IMG/VR virus record: IMGVR_UViG_3300046786_000073
Coordinates: 1-31,321 of that record
Length of the DNA: 31,321 nt
Direction: 5' to 3' (one strand)
From: a virus
Lineage: Duplodnaviria; Caudoviricetes
Part shown: in pieces, positions 9,517-17,098 of the stretch
Numbering within the stretch: the first letter of the stretch is position 1
Layout of the letters: each line of letters starts with the position of its first letter
Translations under genes and position numbers: made by a program
Notes under the pieces: generated by a model
What the model was told of the DNA's origin: nothing
Database searches by the model: none
The model's input: the letters and a program-made list of their open reading frames with translations, nothing else

Positions 9517-10005
9517 CTAGTTAAATTTTGCGAAATCACCGTGAAGTTTTAATGCGGCTTGTTTGTAAACATCATGTGCTTCTTCGGGAGTTTTAAAGCA
9601 TCCAAGGTGAATTGATTGGTAGTTAACCGTAATTTTTGCAATGTATCTATTTGCAGACTTATAGAAAGAAACTCCCTTGAAGCCGCTGGTGTTTGTTGAT
9701 CTTAACTTTGTGTTTCTGTTGTTTTGTGCATTGTTCGCTTCTCTCAAATTTGAAAGCAAATTGTTAGACCTGTCGCCATCAATATGATCTATCTGCTCAG
9801 GCCATCTACCGTGAATCATCATGAAAATGACTCGATGAGCGTAGTAGCCTTTGCTGTGAATCTTTACCTCTTGATAGCCATTGCTTTTTTTAGGTTTGTT
9901 TGCTTGCTTGCCTTTAACTTTATTGTTGCCGCGATCAACTTTCCAAAACAAGTTTCCATCTTTGTATTCAAAGATTTCATTCAAAAATTCTTGTGTGATT
10001 TCCAT
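9517..10005 (-). CDS. HNH-AP2 free-standing homing-type endonuclease #1
   Basis: Start re-called at MEITQEFL (10005); YAHRVIF, IDHIDGDRSNN..SNLRE and NTSGFKGV AP2 domain; antisense to the late operon. Confidence 0.9.
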   Translation of the reverse strand: MEITQEFLNEIFEYKDGNLFWKVDRGNNKVKGKQANKPKKSNGYQEVKIHSKGYYAHRVIFMMIHGRWPEQIDHIDGDRSNNLLSNLREANNAQNNRNTKLRSTNTSGFKGVSFYKSANRYIAKITVNYQSIHLGCFKTPEEAHDVYKQAALKLHGDFAKFN

Positions 10006-10120
10006 GATTGCACCAAAGAAAAAACCCTTGAACATTTGCAGTACCAGTGCAAACATTCAAGGGTCAGCCCATGGCTTAGAACTGTTAAGGTCTGGTACAC
10101 CCAAGGTCTAAGCCTTTTTT
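10006..10120 (-). ncRNA. Two-hairpin kissing-loop leader/terminator of HNH #1
   Basis: Minus strand: hairpin with loop GUACCAG, then a 17-bp hairpin with loop CUGGUAC and a U-tract; the loops are perfectly complementary; G.U pairs favour the minus strand. Confidence 0.7.
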
Positions 10121-10138
10121 CATTTTTACACAAACAGA

Positions 10139-10167
10139 TTGCCCCGTCAATACGTAAGACGTAAAAT
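10139..10167 (+). promoter_or_regulatory. Sigma70-like promoter for the tail fibre/lysis genes
   Basis: TTGCCC-17 bp-TAAAAT; downstream AGGAG RBS and ATG at 10194. Confidence 0.6.
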
Positions 10168-10193
10168 AAGGGAAACCCTTTTAGGAGTTGGAA

Positions 10194-12146
10194 ATGGCCA
10201 AGACAAAAATCTCAGAATTTAGCACGACAGCTAATAACAATTCTGATATTAACAGCATCAACATAAGTGAGGGCTGTGCCCCCAGTGGTATCAACGATGC
10301 CATTCGTGAGTTAATGCGCCAGCTCAAAGAGTTCCAAACCGGAGGTGCTGGCGACTCTGTGAACTCTGGTGGTGACTTCTCTGTTGCTACTAATAAATTC
10401 ACGGTGGCGTCTGCTTCTGGAAATACCGCTGTCGCTGGTACTTTGGGAGTGACTGGTGCAACGACATTGTCTGCCGCATTGACCTACGGTGGAGTGACCT
10501 TGTCAAATGCTGTTACTGGCACTGGCAACATGGTCCTATCCTCAAGCCCTACGCTTGTGACGCCTGCTCTTGGAACTCCGTCTAGTGCAACATTGACTAA
10601 CGCGACAGGACTGCCTATTTCCACTGGCGTGTCTGGTTTGGGTACTGGTATCGCTACGGCTCTGGCAGTCAATACTGGATCGGCTGGCGCTCCTGTTCTA
10701 TTCAACGGAGCATTGGGTACGCCTTCAAGCGGTACTGTTACTAACCTGACTGGTACTGCATCTATCAACATTAACGGAACTGTTGGTGCTACCACGGCAT
10801 CGACTGGCGCGTTTACGACCCTTTCAGCATCTTCTGACGTCACGCTCTCCGGCGGTACGGCTAATGGAGTGTTGTACCTTAACGGCTCTAAAGTTGCTAC
10901 AAGTGGTTCTGCTCTTACGTTTGATGGAAATATTCTGACCAACAGCACTGGCGCAATACGCGCAAGTGGCGCAACAGTACCAAGTTCTGGTGCTGGTTTG
11001 GAATTGCTTTATGGTGCAAGTGGTACTGGAATCAGTACCCTTCTAAGTTACGACAGAGCAACTTCTGCTTACAAACCGTTGTGGATTGATGGTTCTTATC
11101 AAGCCTATTTTATTAGTGGCTCTGAAGGTATGCGCCTCACCAGCACAGGGCTAGGTATTGGTACTAGTTCTCTTGATTCGGCGTTTAGATTTGGAGTTTA
11201 TGGGACAAATTCTTCGGCTGTATTTCAAAACTCTGCAACTGGCGTAACATCTTCTGACGGTTTTGCTGTTGGAAATTTTGGAACAACCACTGCATACGTT
11301 TATAACTACGAAGCTACACCTTTAGTTTTTGGCACAAGCGGTGCTGAAAAGATGCGCCTCGACTCCTCCGGCAACCTAGGATTAGGAGTTACTCCTAGTG
11401 CTTGGGGCGCTTTAGGATATACAAAGCCAATCCAGCTTGGAAACACAGGCGCATTTATTGCTGGATTTACTTCTTCTTATACAGCGCAACCAAGGATAGT
11501 AGTAGGAGCAAACAGCTATTTTGACGATAGCGCAGATGCTTGGAAATACATTCAAACAAACGTTGCTACTCAGTACCGTCAATATAACGGACAACACCAA
11601 TGGCACTATGCAGCCTCCGGCACAGCAGGTAACGCTATCACGTTCACCCAAGCAATGACACTGGACTCCTCTGGTAACTTGTTAGTGGGTTCAACATCTC
11701 TTATTTCAAATTCAAGAATCTGGTCGCAAGGTAATTTTACTGCAATTAATGGTCTTGGAATGAATTCCACGGCAGCAAGCGGAACAGCTACGTTTGCGTA
11801 TTTTCTATATAACGGATCTGGTGTTGGAACAATTACTTCTACAGGTTCTGCAACGTCTTACAACACTTCTTCTGATTACCGACTTAAAGACAATCCTCAG
11901 CCTTTGACGGGTAGCGGTGCATTCATTGACGCACTCAAGCCTAAGACTTGGAACTGGAAAGCAGACGGTTCTGTTGGCGTTGGTTTCATTGCTCACGAAG
12001 TGCAGGAAGTTTCTCCTGGCTCCGTGGTTGGTGAAAAAGATGGTGAACAAATGCAAGCAATGGAATACGGCTCTGCTGAGTTCATCGCTAACATCATTGC
12101 TGAACTGCAATCCCTCCGTGCCCGTGTGGCAGCTCTTGAATCTTAA
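10194..12146 (+). CDS. Tail fibre with C-terminal Peptidase S74 intramolecular chaperone
   Basis: Gly/Ser/Thr-rich; recurring MRL.SSGNL.(I/V)G junctions; TSSDYRLK...GFIAHEVQEV.P plus terminal coiled coil; start re-called at MAKTKIS. Confidence 0.9.
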   Translation: MAKTKISEFSTTANNNSDINSINISEGCAPSGINDAIRELMRQLKEFQTGGAGDSVNSGGDFSVATNKFTVASASGNTAVAGTLGVTGATTLSAALTYGGVTLSNAVTGTGNMVLSSSPTLVTPALGTPSSATLTNATGLPISTGVSGLGTGIATALAVNTGSAGAPVLFNGALGTPSSGTVTNLTGTASININGTVGATTASTGAFTTLSASSDVTLSGGTANGVLYLNGSKVATSGSALTFDGNILTNSTGAIRASGATVPSSGAGLELLYGASGTGISTLLSYDRATSAYKPLWIDGSYQAYFISGSEGMRLTSTGLGIGTSSLDSAFRFGVYGTNSSAVFQNSATGVTSSDGFAVGNFGTTTAYVYNYEATPLVFGTSGAEKMRLDSSGNLGLGVTPSAWGALGYTKPIQLGNTGAFIAGFTSSYTAQPRIVVGANSYFDDSADAWKYIQTNVATQYRQYNGQHQWHYAASGTAGNAITFTQAMTLDSSGNLLVGSTSLISNSRIWSQGNFTAINGLGMNSTAASGTATFAYFLYNGSGVGTITSTGSATSYNTSSDYRLKDNPQPLTGSGAFIDALKPKTWNWKADGSVGVGFIAHEVQEVSPGSVVGEKDGEQMQAMEYGSAEFIANIIAELQSLRARVAALES

Positions 12147-12157
12147 AAGGAAAAACC

Positions 12158-12442
12158 ATGACTATCTCTTGGAAAATCTCTCAACTTGATCGTCAAACCT
12201 CTAATGGGTTTGTAACCACTGCTCACTGGCAATGCGTTGGTATAGACGGTGACGTTTCTGACTCGGTGTATGCCACCTGCTCTTGGACTGGTGAGCCTAC
12301 CGTGGCTTATGCAGATCTCACCGAGGCTCAAGTGCTGGCATGGATTTGGGAGACTGTTGACAAAGACGCCACTGAGGCTACTGTGCAAGCCAAGATTGAT
12401 GCTCAGAAGAATCCTGTCACTGCTCAAGGTGTGCCATGGTAA
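12158..12442 (+). CDS. Small tail-fibre-associated protein
   Basis: 94 aa; WKI..L, V.TAHW, YADLTE.QVL.W and GVPW end; AAGG RBS. Confidence 0.7.
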   Translation: MTISWKISQLDRQTSNGFVTTAHWQCVGIDGDVSDSVYATCSWTGEPTVAYADLTEAQVLAWIWETVDKDATEATVQAKIDAQKNPVTAQGVPW

Positions 12443-12606
12443 GTAACGTGGAAGCTCGACTTGATACACATGAGGCTGTTTGCGCGCATCGGTACGAACA
12501 GATCAACGCTCGCCTGAAACGTCTTGAGGGCATCATGATTAAGGTCGCTGGCGTGATGCTTTGCGGCATGGCTGGCGTTATCTGGGCGTCTATCTCTAGG
12601 GTGTAA
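12436..12606 (+). CDS. Small coiled-coil plus TM protein (XhlA/holin-accessory-like)
   Basis: Not in the ORF track (56 aa): MVSNVEARLDTHEAVCAHRYEQINARLKRLEGIMIKVAGVMLCGMAGVIWASISRV. Confidence 0.7.
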   Translation: MVSNVEARLDTHEAVCAHRYEQINARLKRLEGIMIKVAGVMLCGMAGVIWASISRV

Positions 12607-12608
12607 CC

Positions 12609-13298
12609 ATTGATCCATTGACTTTGTTAGCGTTGGCAAACGGAGCCGTCCAAGCGGTTAAAAAAGGATGCCAACTCTACAAAGACATAAAGAGCGCGGC
12701 AGGAGATGTTTCTGCTGTTCTCAAGGACATTGATAAACAATTCGCCGGAAAGAAAGTCTCTAAAGAGCAAGCTGTAAAAATCGCAGAGAAGAAGGCAGAG
12801 TTCAAGGAAGCGGCTACAACCGATCCAAATGATGTGATCTCTCGGATTGGAAATCAGTTAGGTGACTTTTTTGATGCCTTTGACAAGATTGAGCAACTGT
12901 TTTACGAAGAAGAAAAACAAGCTCATCAGGTCTATGAAGGAGAGGATTCTGTCAGTAAGAGAGCACTTCAAAGAGTTTTGATTCGTTCTCGATTACAAAT
13001 GATGGAGACTGAAATGCGCGAGATCATGATTTATCAATCTCCACCTGAGTTGAAAGACTTGTGGTCAAGGTTTGAGGTGATGAGAGCGCAGATCGGTCAG
13101 GAACAAAAAAGAGCCTGGGAGAAACTAAGGATAGAAAGACAGCAAGAGGCTGCCGAACAAAAGAAAGAACGCGAGTTTTACTGGGGAATCGGAGCATGGC
13201 TGGTGTCCGTGACGGTAATATGGCTGTATCTAATCCTCCTCCTGTGGGCAATCGCTCGACACAGAGAAAACTCGTTCTCTCTATGGTGGGTAACGTGA
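12609..13298 (+). CDS. Coiled-coil protein with C-terminal TM helix (lysis region); possible ATT start
   Basis: Reads IDPLTLLALANG...; alternative TTG start at 12618; C-terminal hydrophobic helix. Confidence 0.7.
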   Translation: MDPLTLLALANGAVQAVKKGCQLYKDIKSAAGDVSAVLKDIDKQFAGKKVSKEQAVKIAEKKAEFKEAATTDPNDVISRIGNQLGDFFDAFDKIEQLFYEEEKQAHQVYEGEDSVSKRALQRVLIRSRLQMMETEMREIMIYQSPPELKDLWSRFEVMRAQIGQEQKRAWEKLRIERQQEAAEQKKEREFYWGIGAWLVSVTVIWLYLILLLWAIARHRENSFSLWWVT

Positions 13299-13441
13299 TT
13301 CTCATGCTTATCCTGGTTTTCTGTTTAACCTTTGGAGGGTTTCTTTTCATGGACTACAAAACAGAAGAAGCCAGGGCAAAGAAGATGGACAGACGAGTTG
13401 TTGAGTTGAGAAAACAGTTTGAGCAAGGTTGCGAAAAATGA
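13283..13441 (+). CDS. Small N-terminal TM plus coiled-coil protein (i-spanin-like topology)
   Basis: MVGNVILMLILVFCLTFGGFLFMDY...; ATGA-coupled to the lipoprotein gene. Confidence 0.55.
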   Translation: MVGNVILMLILVFCLTFGGFLFMDYKTEEARAKKMDRRVVELRKQFEQGCEK

Positions 13442-13617
13442 GAATCCTTATATTGTGTCTATTGCTAACAGGATGCCTTCAGGAATCTTTTAGGTATCCT
13501 TGCCAAGACCCAAAGAACTGGGAATCTCCTCGATGCCAACGTCCTCAGTGCGCGATCACTCAGGAATGTCCTGACCAACTTATCAAACCTGAAGACATGA
13601 AAGGTGATGTGCGATGA
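13438..13617 (+). CDS. Cys-rich lipoprotein (o-spanin-like position)
   Basis: MRILILCLLLTG-C lipobox; RYPCQDP.NW...C..P.C....CP. Confidence 0.7.
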   Translation: MRILILCLLLTGCLQESFRYPCQDPKNWESPRCQRPQCAITQECPDQLIKPEDMKGDVR

Positions 13618-13898
13618 ATCCTGACAAGATAGATTCTGTAATCAAGTTGCTGATTACGATCACTTTCTGTTTGACAATAACCTGTATGGTCTTTTTGTCT
13701 ATGTACAGCTTGGTCTTTGTGCCGCAACCGATGAACGCTATTGCACCGGCTGACAAACAGTTTTTCTTTTTGCTGTCTGACATGAGCAAATACATCTTGG
13801 GTTCGCTTGGCACATTGCTGGCTATCAAGGGTAAAGACGCTTTGATGGATGCGATCAAGAAAGACCCAGAACCGCCCAAAGATGAGGAGAAAAAATAA
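13614..13898 (+). CDS. Two-TM membrane protein (holin-like)
   Basis: Two hydrophobic segments and a charged C-terminal tail; AAGGTG RBS. Confidence 0.6.
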   Translation: MNPDKIDSVIKLLITITFCLTITCMVFLSMYSLVFVPQPMNAIAPADKQFFFLLSDMSKYILGSLGTLLAIKGKDALMDAIKKDPEPPKDEEKK

Positions 13899-14374
13899 TG
13901 TTGCCAGTCATTGCATCAATCGTTTCTGGTCTGATTTCTAACGGACTTCCAAAAGTTGCCGATGCCGTTATGGAAAAGGGCGTGGACTATGTCCAGCAAA
14001 AAATGGGCATTGAGTTAAAGCCTGAGCATGAAGCAACAAAAGATGACTATGCCAAATTGCAAGCTGAAGCAATGAAGCATGAGGAATTCATGGCTGAACT
14101 TGACGAGAAGTCAAGACAGAGAGCCACGGATATGCAACTGAAAGCGATGGAGTCTGATGATCCTTTGGTTCGTAGGTTTATTTATTTCTTTATTGGGTTT
14201 TGGTCTATTTTTGCTGCCGCATTTATCCCTTCACTTATTTGGGTTCCCATTGGTGAAAGCAACATGCGATTTGCCGACACTGTGCTCGGTTATGTGATGG
14301 GAACAATGGTTACTTCTATGTTTGCTTTCTTGTTGGGTTCTTCTCAAGGCAGTAGAAACAAGGATAAGAAATGA
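13898..14374 (+). CDS. Holin-like protein (3TM-holin type)
   Basis: N-terminal amphipathic helix, coiled coil, two C-terminal TMs ending FLLGSSQGS..KD; directly before the endolysin. Confidence 0.7.
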   Translation: MLPVIASIVSGLISNGLPKVADAVMEKGVDYVQQKMGIELKPEHEATKDDYAKLQAEAMKHEEFMAELDEKSRQRATDMQLKAMESDDPLVRRFIYFFIGFWSIFAAAFIPSLIWVPIGESNMRFADTVLGYVMGTMVTSMFAFLLGSSQGSRNKDKK

Positions 14375-15024
14375 CGCCAGAGATTAAACATCTTGTCGCA
14401 GCAAGGGTAGCTGAACCTCAAAAGTGGATAGAGGCTATCCTTGAGGTTTGCGAGCATTACGAAATCAACACTGATAAACGGATTGCCGCATTCATTGCAC
14501 AGACAGCGCATGAATCTGGTGGGTATAAAACACTCATTGAGAATCTTAACTATTCTGCTGACACGATGGCTGCTGTATGGCCCAATCGCTTTGCTGAAAA
14601 AGGACCAGACGGAAAATATATCAAAGAGAACGGCAAGAACAAACCAAACAAGTTTGCCTTGGCTCTCCATCGCAAGCCTGAGTCAATCGCTAATGTCGTT
14701 TACTCGAATCGTATGGGAAACGGAACGATTGAATCTGGTGAGGGGTGGCTGTACAGGGGCAGAGGTCTGAAGCAATTAACCGGAAAAGACAATATGACTC
14801 GATGCGGCAAGGCATTGAGGATTGATCTTGTCAACAATCCAGACCTTTTGCTTGAGCCTAGATTTGCTGCTCTCAGTGCAGGTTGGTTCTATTCAACAAA
14901 CAATCTGTCATCTTTCGCTGATGCTGGAGACATCAAAGGTATGACGCTCAAAATTAATGGCGGTGTAATAGGGTTGTCAGATCGTCAGAAAAGATATGAT
15001 GACATCATGGAATCAATGAAATAG
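14371..15024 (+). CDS. Endolysin, glycoside hydrolase family 19 (chitinase-like)
   Basis: RIAAFIAQTAHESG, ENLNYS, YRGRGLKQLTGKDN, SAGWF and INGG..GL.DR motifs. Confidence 0.92.
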   Translation: MTPEIKHLVAARVAEPQKWIEAILEVCEHYEINTDKRIAAFIAQTAHESGGYKTLIENLNYSADTMAAVWPNRFAEKGPDGKYIKENGKNKPNKFALALHRKPESIANVVYSNRMGNGTIESGEGWLYRGRGLKQLTGKDNMTRCGKALRIDLVNNPDLLLEPRFAALSAGWFYSTNNLSSFADAGDIKGMTLKINGGVIGLSDRQKRYDDIMESMK

Positions 15025-15481
15025 ACTTTTCATAATTTTTTCTAGCTTGTATTGCCATTTCTTTGTCTTTGAAAGTTCCAAGATAAATTCTTTTATTGTC
15101 TATGTGTATTTGAGATACCCAATGCTTTCTTTTTTGTGAAAACATTACCCCTGTTGTCCCACTTGTATTGTGTGATCTTAATGTATTATTATGTTGATTT
15201 ATAGAATTGCTTACATCTCTTAAATTTACTATCCTATTATCTTTTTTATTTCTATTTATGTGATCTATCTGATACTTTGGAAAACATCCATAAACATAAA
15301 GCCAAGCCAATCTATGTGCAAGATAGTTTTTCCCATCAACATACATTTGTATGTATCCTTTATTTTGTGATGCTCCTGATATTGATCCAGCTTTGTGACC
15401 TGCAATAGAAGTCTTTCTTGTGAAAATTCCAGTTTCAGAATCGTAATTTAACAACTCTTTAAGTCTTTCTTGAGTCAACAT
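15005..15481 (-). CDS. HNH-AP2 free-standing homing-type endonuclease #2
   Basis: LTQERLKELL.YD.ETG.F, AHRLAWLYVYG, IDHINR...DNRI.NLR and NTSG..GV AP2; AT-rich; 3' end overlaps the endolysin 3' end. Confidence 0.92.
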   Translation of the reverse strand: MLTQERLKELLNYDSETGIFTRKTSIAGHKAGSISGASQNKGYIQMYVDGKNYLAHRLAWLYVYGCFPKYQIDHINRNKKDNRIVNLRDVSNSINQHNNTLRSHNTSGTTGVMFSQKRKHWVSQIHIDNKRIYLGTFKDKEMAIQARKNYEKSISLIP

Positions 15482-15482
15482 A

Positions 15483-15599
15483 TTTGCTCCCCAGCAAAAA
15501 AGCCCACAGGGACAGTCTCGGCGTTAGCCGTGGGGAGACACTGCTAGTACAGTGCAGACTGCCCTTGTGGGCTTACTAGAATATTGCTCCCCAGCAATA
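15483..15599 (-). ncRNA. C4/CI-type antisense RNA with upstream and downstream targets
   Basis: Three-way junction (15500-15574) exposing UACUAG and UCUCCCCA; complementary targets CUAGUA and UGGGGAG upstream, and UGGGGAG at the HNH RBS. Confidence 0.75.
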
Positions 15600-15604
15600 A
15601 ATCA

Positions 15605-15633
15605 AGTGTAGCAAATTTTTTCTCAAGCGTAAA
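15605..15633 (-). promoter_or_regulatory. Promoter for the C4-like RNA and HNH #2
   Basis: TTTACG-17 bp-TACACT with TGn extension; predicted +1 near the first target hairpin. Confidence 0.55.
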
Positions 15634-15802
15634 CGTCAATCCTGGAACCAAGGCTTTTCCAGTACTTGTATTCTTCAGTCTGGTTGCTCTTATCCAGTAT
15701 CTCAGTAACCTTATTTTCTAAGATTTGCTGATACTCCATGCGTTTCTCTTTCATTTCGACTTGAGTAGGCATTGGCATTGATACTGGATAAGTGATTTTC
15801 AC
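15623..15802 (-). CDS. Hypothetical protein (59 aa)
   Basis: Not in the ORF track; GTG start overlaps the stop of the upstream gene (GTGA); MKITYPVSMPM...SLGSRIDVYA. Confidence 0.55.
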   Translation of the reverse strand: MKITYPVSMPMPTQVEMKEKRMEYQQILENKVTEILDKSNQTEEYKYWKSLGSRIDVYA

Positions 15803-16290
15803 ATCAGTCCTGCGAACGGGTTAGATAGATTGACCCAGGCTTTCCCTTGTCTGATTCTACACACCACGGACTTGTTAACTCCATATTTCTCAGCGATGAT
15901 TCTTGACGGACCTTCTGAGCAACGGATTTCGTCAGCCATTTCCTGCGTTAATTTGGCGTTTGTGGCTCTCTTATAGATTTGAATTTTTAAACGCCTTGTA
16001 GGGCTTTTTAAAGCCTTCCTGTTGCCTTTTTTCATGTGCTGTTTGGCATCGTTGTATGTCGTGTGATCTGGATTCACACAAAGCCCATTCCCACATTTGG
16101 CGACATAGTAACCTTCCCTTAACTTTCCTCCAAGAAGCTCAGTAAACAGCCTGCGAACAGCGATCATCTTTCCTGCGTGAAACACTGATGGAGTGCCGTT
16201 TGCACAATACCCAGTCCACTCCCAACAGTCTCCGTCCTCAATGGTCCTCTCTTTTAGAGTTGTAATCGTGTGAGTCTTTTGTTGTTTCAT
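15799..16290 (-). CDS. HNH/His-Cys-type nuclease-fold protein with C-terminal HTH (possibly degenerate)
   Basis: DCWEWTG, CGNGLCVNPDH and AKLT...IAEKYGV.KS.V..IR.G..W motifs. Confidence 0.75.
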   Translation of the reverse strand: MKQQKTHTITTLKERTIEDGDCWEWTGYCANGTPSVFHAGKMIAVRRLFTELLGGKLREGYYVAKCGNGLCVNPDHTTYNDAKQHMKKGNRKALKSPTRRLKIQIYKRATNAKLTQEMADEIRCSEGPSRIIAEKYGVNKSVVCRIRQGKAWVNLSNPFAGLM

Positions 16291-16291
16291 G

Positions 16292-16366
16292 CTAAGCTAA
16301 TATGTAAAGAATGACGGACAGGGCAATGATTAGCCCTATCACTAAAATGCCGATGATGAGTGCCAA
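16292..16366 (-). CDS. Possible 24-aa single-TM peptide
   Basis: TTG-start LALIIGILVIGLIIALSVILYILA exactly fills the gap between two genes; no clear RBS. Confidence 0.35.
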   Translation of the reverse strand: MALIIGILVIGLIIALSVILYILA

Positions 16367-16367
16367 G

Positions 16368-16616
16368 TTAATCTTGTAAGTCCTGAATCATTTTTTGATG
16401 ATGATCTGGGACTAACCTTTTAACCTTTAGGTAAAGATTGTGGTCAGAATCGAAAGTTATATCGTCCTGACCATCGAAGATGTTTATGTCGTAATCATCA
16501 GCTAATCCAACATCTGGATCGCCTGGCTCAAACGTATAGAAAACTTCAACAGGACCGTCATCGGTTTCGTACTCAAAACTTCCGGTCGAATACTTTAATG
16601 CGTCAATGCGTTTCAT
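16368..16616 (-). CDS. Acidic hypothetical protein
   Basis: MKRIDA start ATGA-coupled to the upstream gene; EPGDPDVG motif. Confidence 0.65.
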   Translation of the reverse strand: MKRIDALKYSTGSFEYETDDGPVEVFYTFEPGDPDVGLADDYDINIFDGQDDITFDSDHNLYLKVKRLVPDHHQKMIQDLQD

Positions 16617-16894
16617 ACTGTCCACTCCCTTTCATTACGATTTTTGGAAGATTTGACAATGTTTCCTGTGAGTTTGACAAGACCCATCTTCTGAAGCTCT
16701 GGAAGGCGTCTAGAAACCGCAGAACTCTCCAGACCAAGGCGAGAGGCAATCCCGTCCTTCCCCATTGGTCCATGAGTTGATAGGCAATCCACAATCATTG
16801 CGAAATGCTTTTCTGGTTGGAATTGTTCAGCAGCCTCAAAAGAGGTGATCGGATCGGTGGAACGTGCTCGTTTAAAAAGATCAAAAAGTTTCAT
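16613..16894 (-). CDS. Winged-helix DNA-binding protein
   Basis: ARSTDPITS..AA N-terminus, IA..LGL...AVSRRLPEL...GLV and EREW; AGGAG RBS. Confidence 0.8.
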   Translation of the reverse strand: MKLFDLFKRARSTDPITSFEAAEQFQPEKHFAMIVDCLSTHGPMGKDGIASRLGLESSAVSRRLPELQKMGLVKLTGNIVKSSKNRNEREWTV

Positions 16895-16911
16895 TGCTAC
16901 TCCTAAAAGTT

Positions 16912-16944
16912 TGAGGTACTCGCTACACCTTTCGCTTTCCCTCA
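16912..16944 (-). ncRNA. Intergenic hairpin with GAAA/AGUA (loop E-like) internal loop
   Basis: UGAGG-GAAA-GCG-AAAGG-UGU-AGCGAGUA-CCUCA. Confidence 0.45.
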
Positions 16945-16951
16945 GTTAAGT

Positions 16952-17089
16952 TTACTCTGTTTTTTGCTCTTGTTCTGCTTTTTGTTGCCCAATTTTTTGA
17001 AGCAACACAAAAGCTCCAGACTTCGTGGGAAGCTCTCCCAAGACGTTCATTAAAAACACGATTTCGTTTTCTTCAAGTTCAAGTTTCAT
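16952..17089 (-). CDS. Hypothetical protein (45 aa)
   Basis: Not in the ORF track; AAGGAG RBS; MKLELEENEIVFLMNVLGELPTKSGA... Confidence 0.7.
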   Translation of the reverse strand: MKLELEENEIVFLMNVLGELPTKSGAFVLLQKIGQQKAEQEQKTE

Positions 17090-17098
17090 TTTCACTCC

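Noticed and set aside
10006-10056. 17-aa N-terminal extension of HNH #1 in the ORF track
   Set aside because: Lies within the terminator hairpin; MEITQE matches the usual family start
10194-12146. Diversity-generating retroelement or invertible fibre cassette
   Set aside because: No reverse transcriptase, template repeat or invertase seen in the window
15484-15597. Mini CRISPR array or att-site duplication
   Set aside because: Only two 14-nt copies, explained as antisense targets; no cas or integrase
10006-15599. RNA-guided HNH system (IscB/HEARO-like)
   Set aside because: Proteins are ~160-aa HNH-AP2 with no RuvC or bridge helix; adjacent RNAs are complementary to their own leaders, not guide-like
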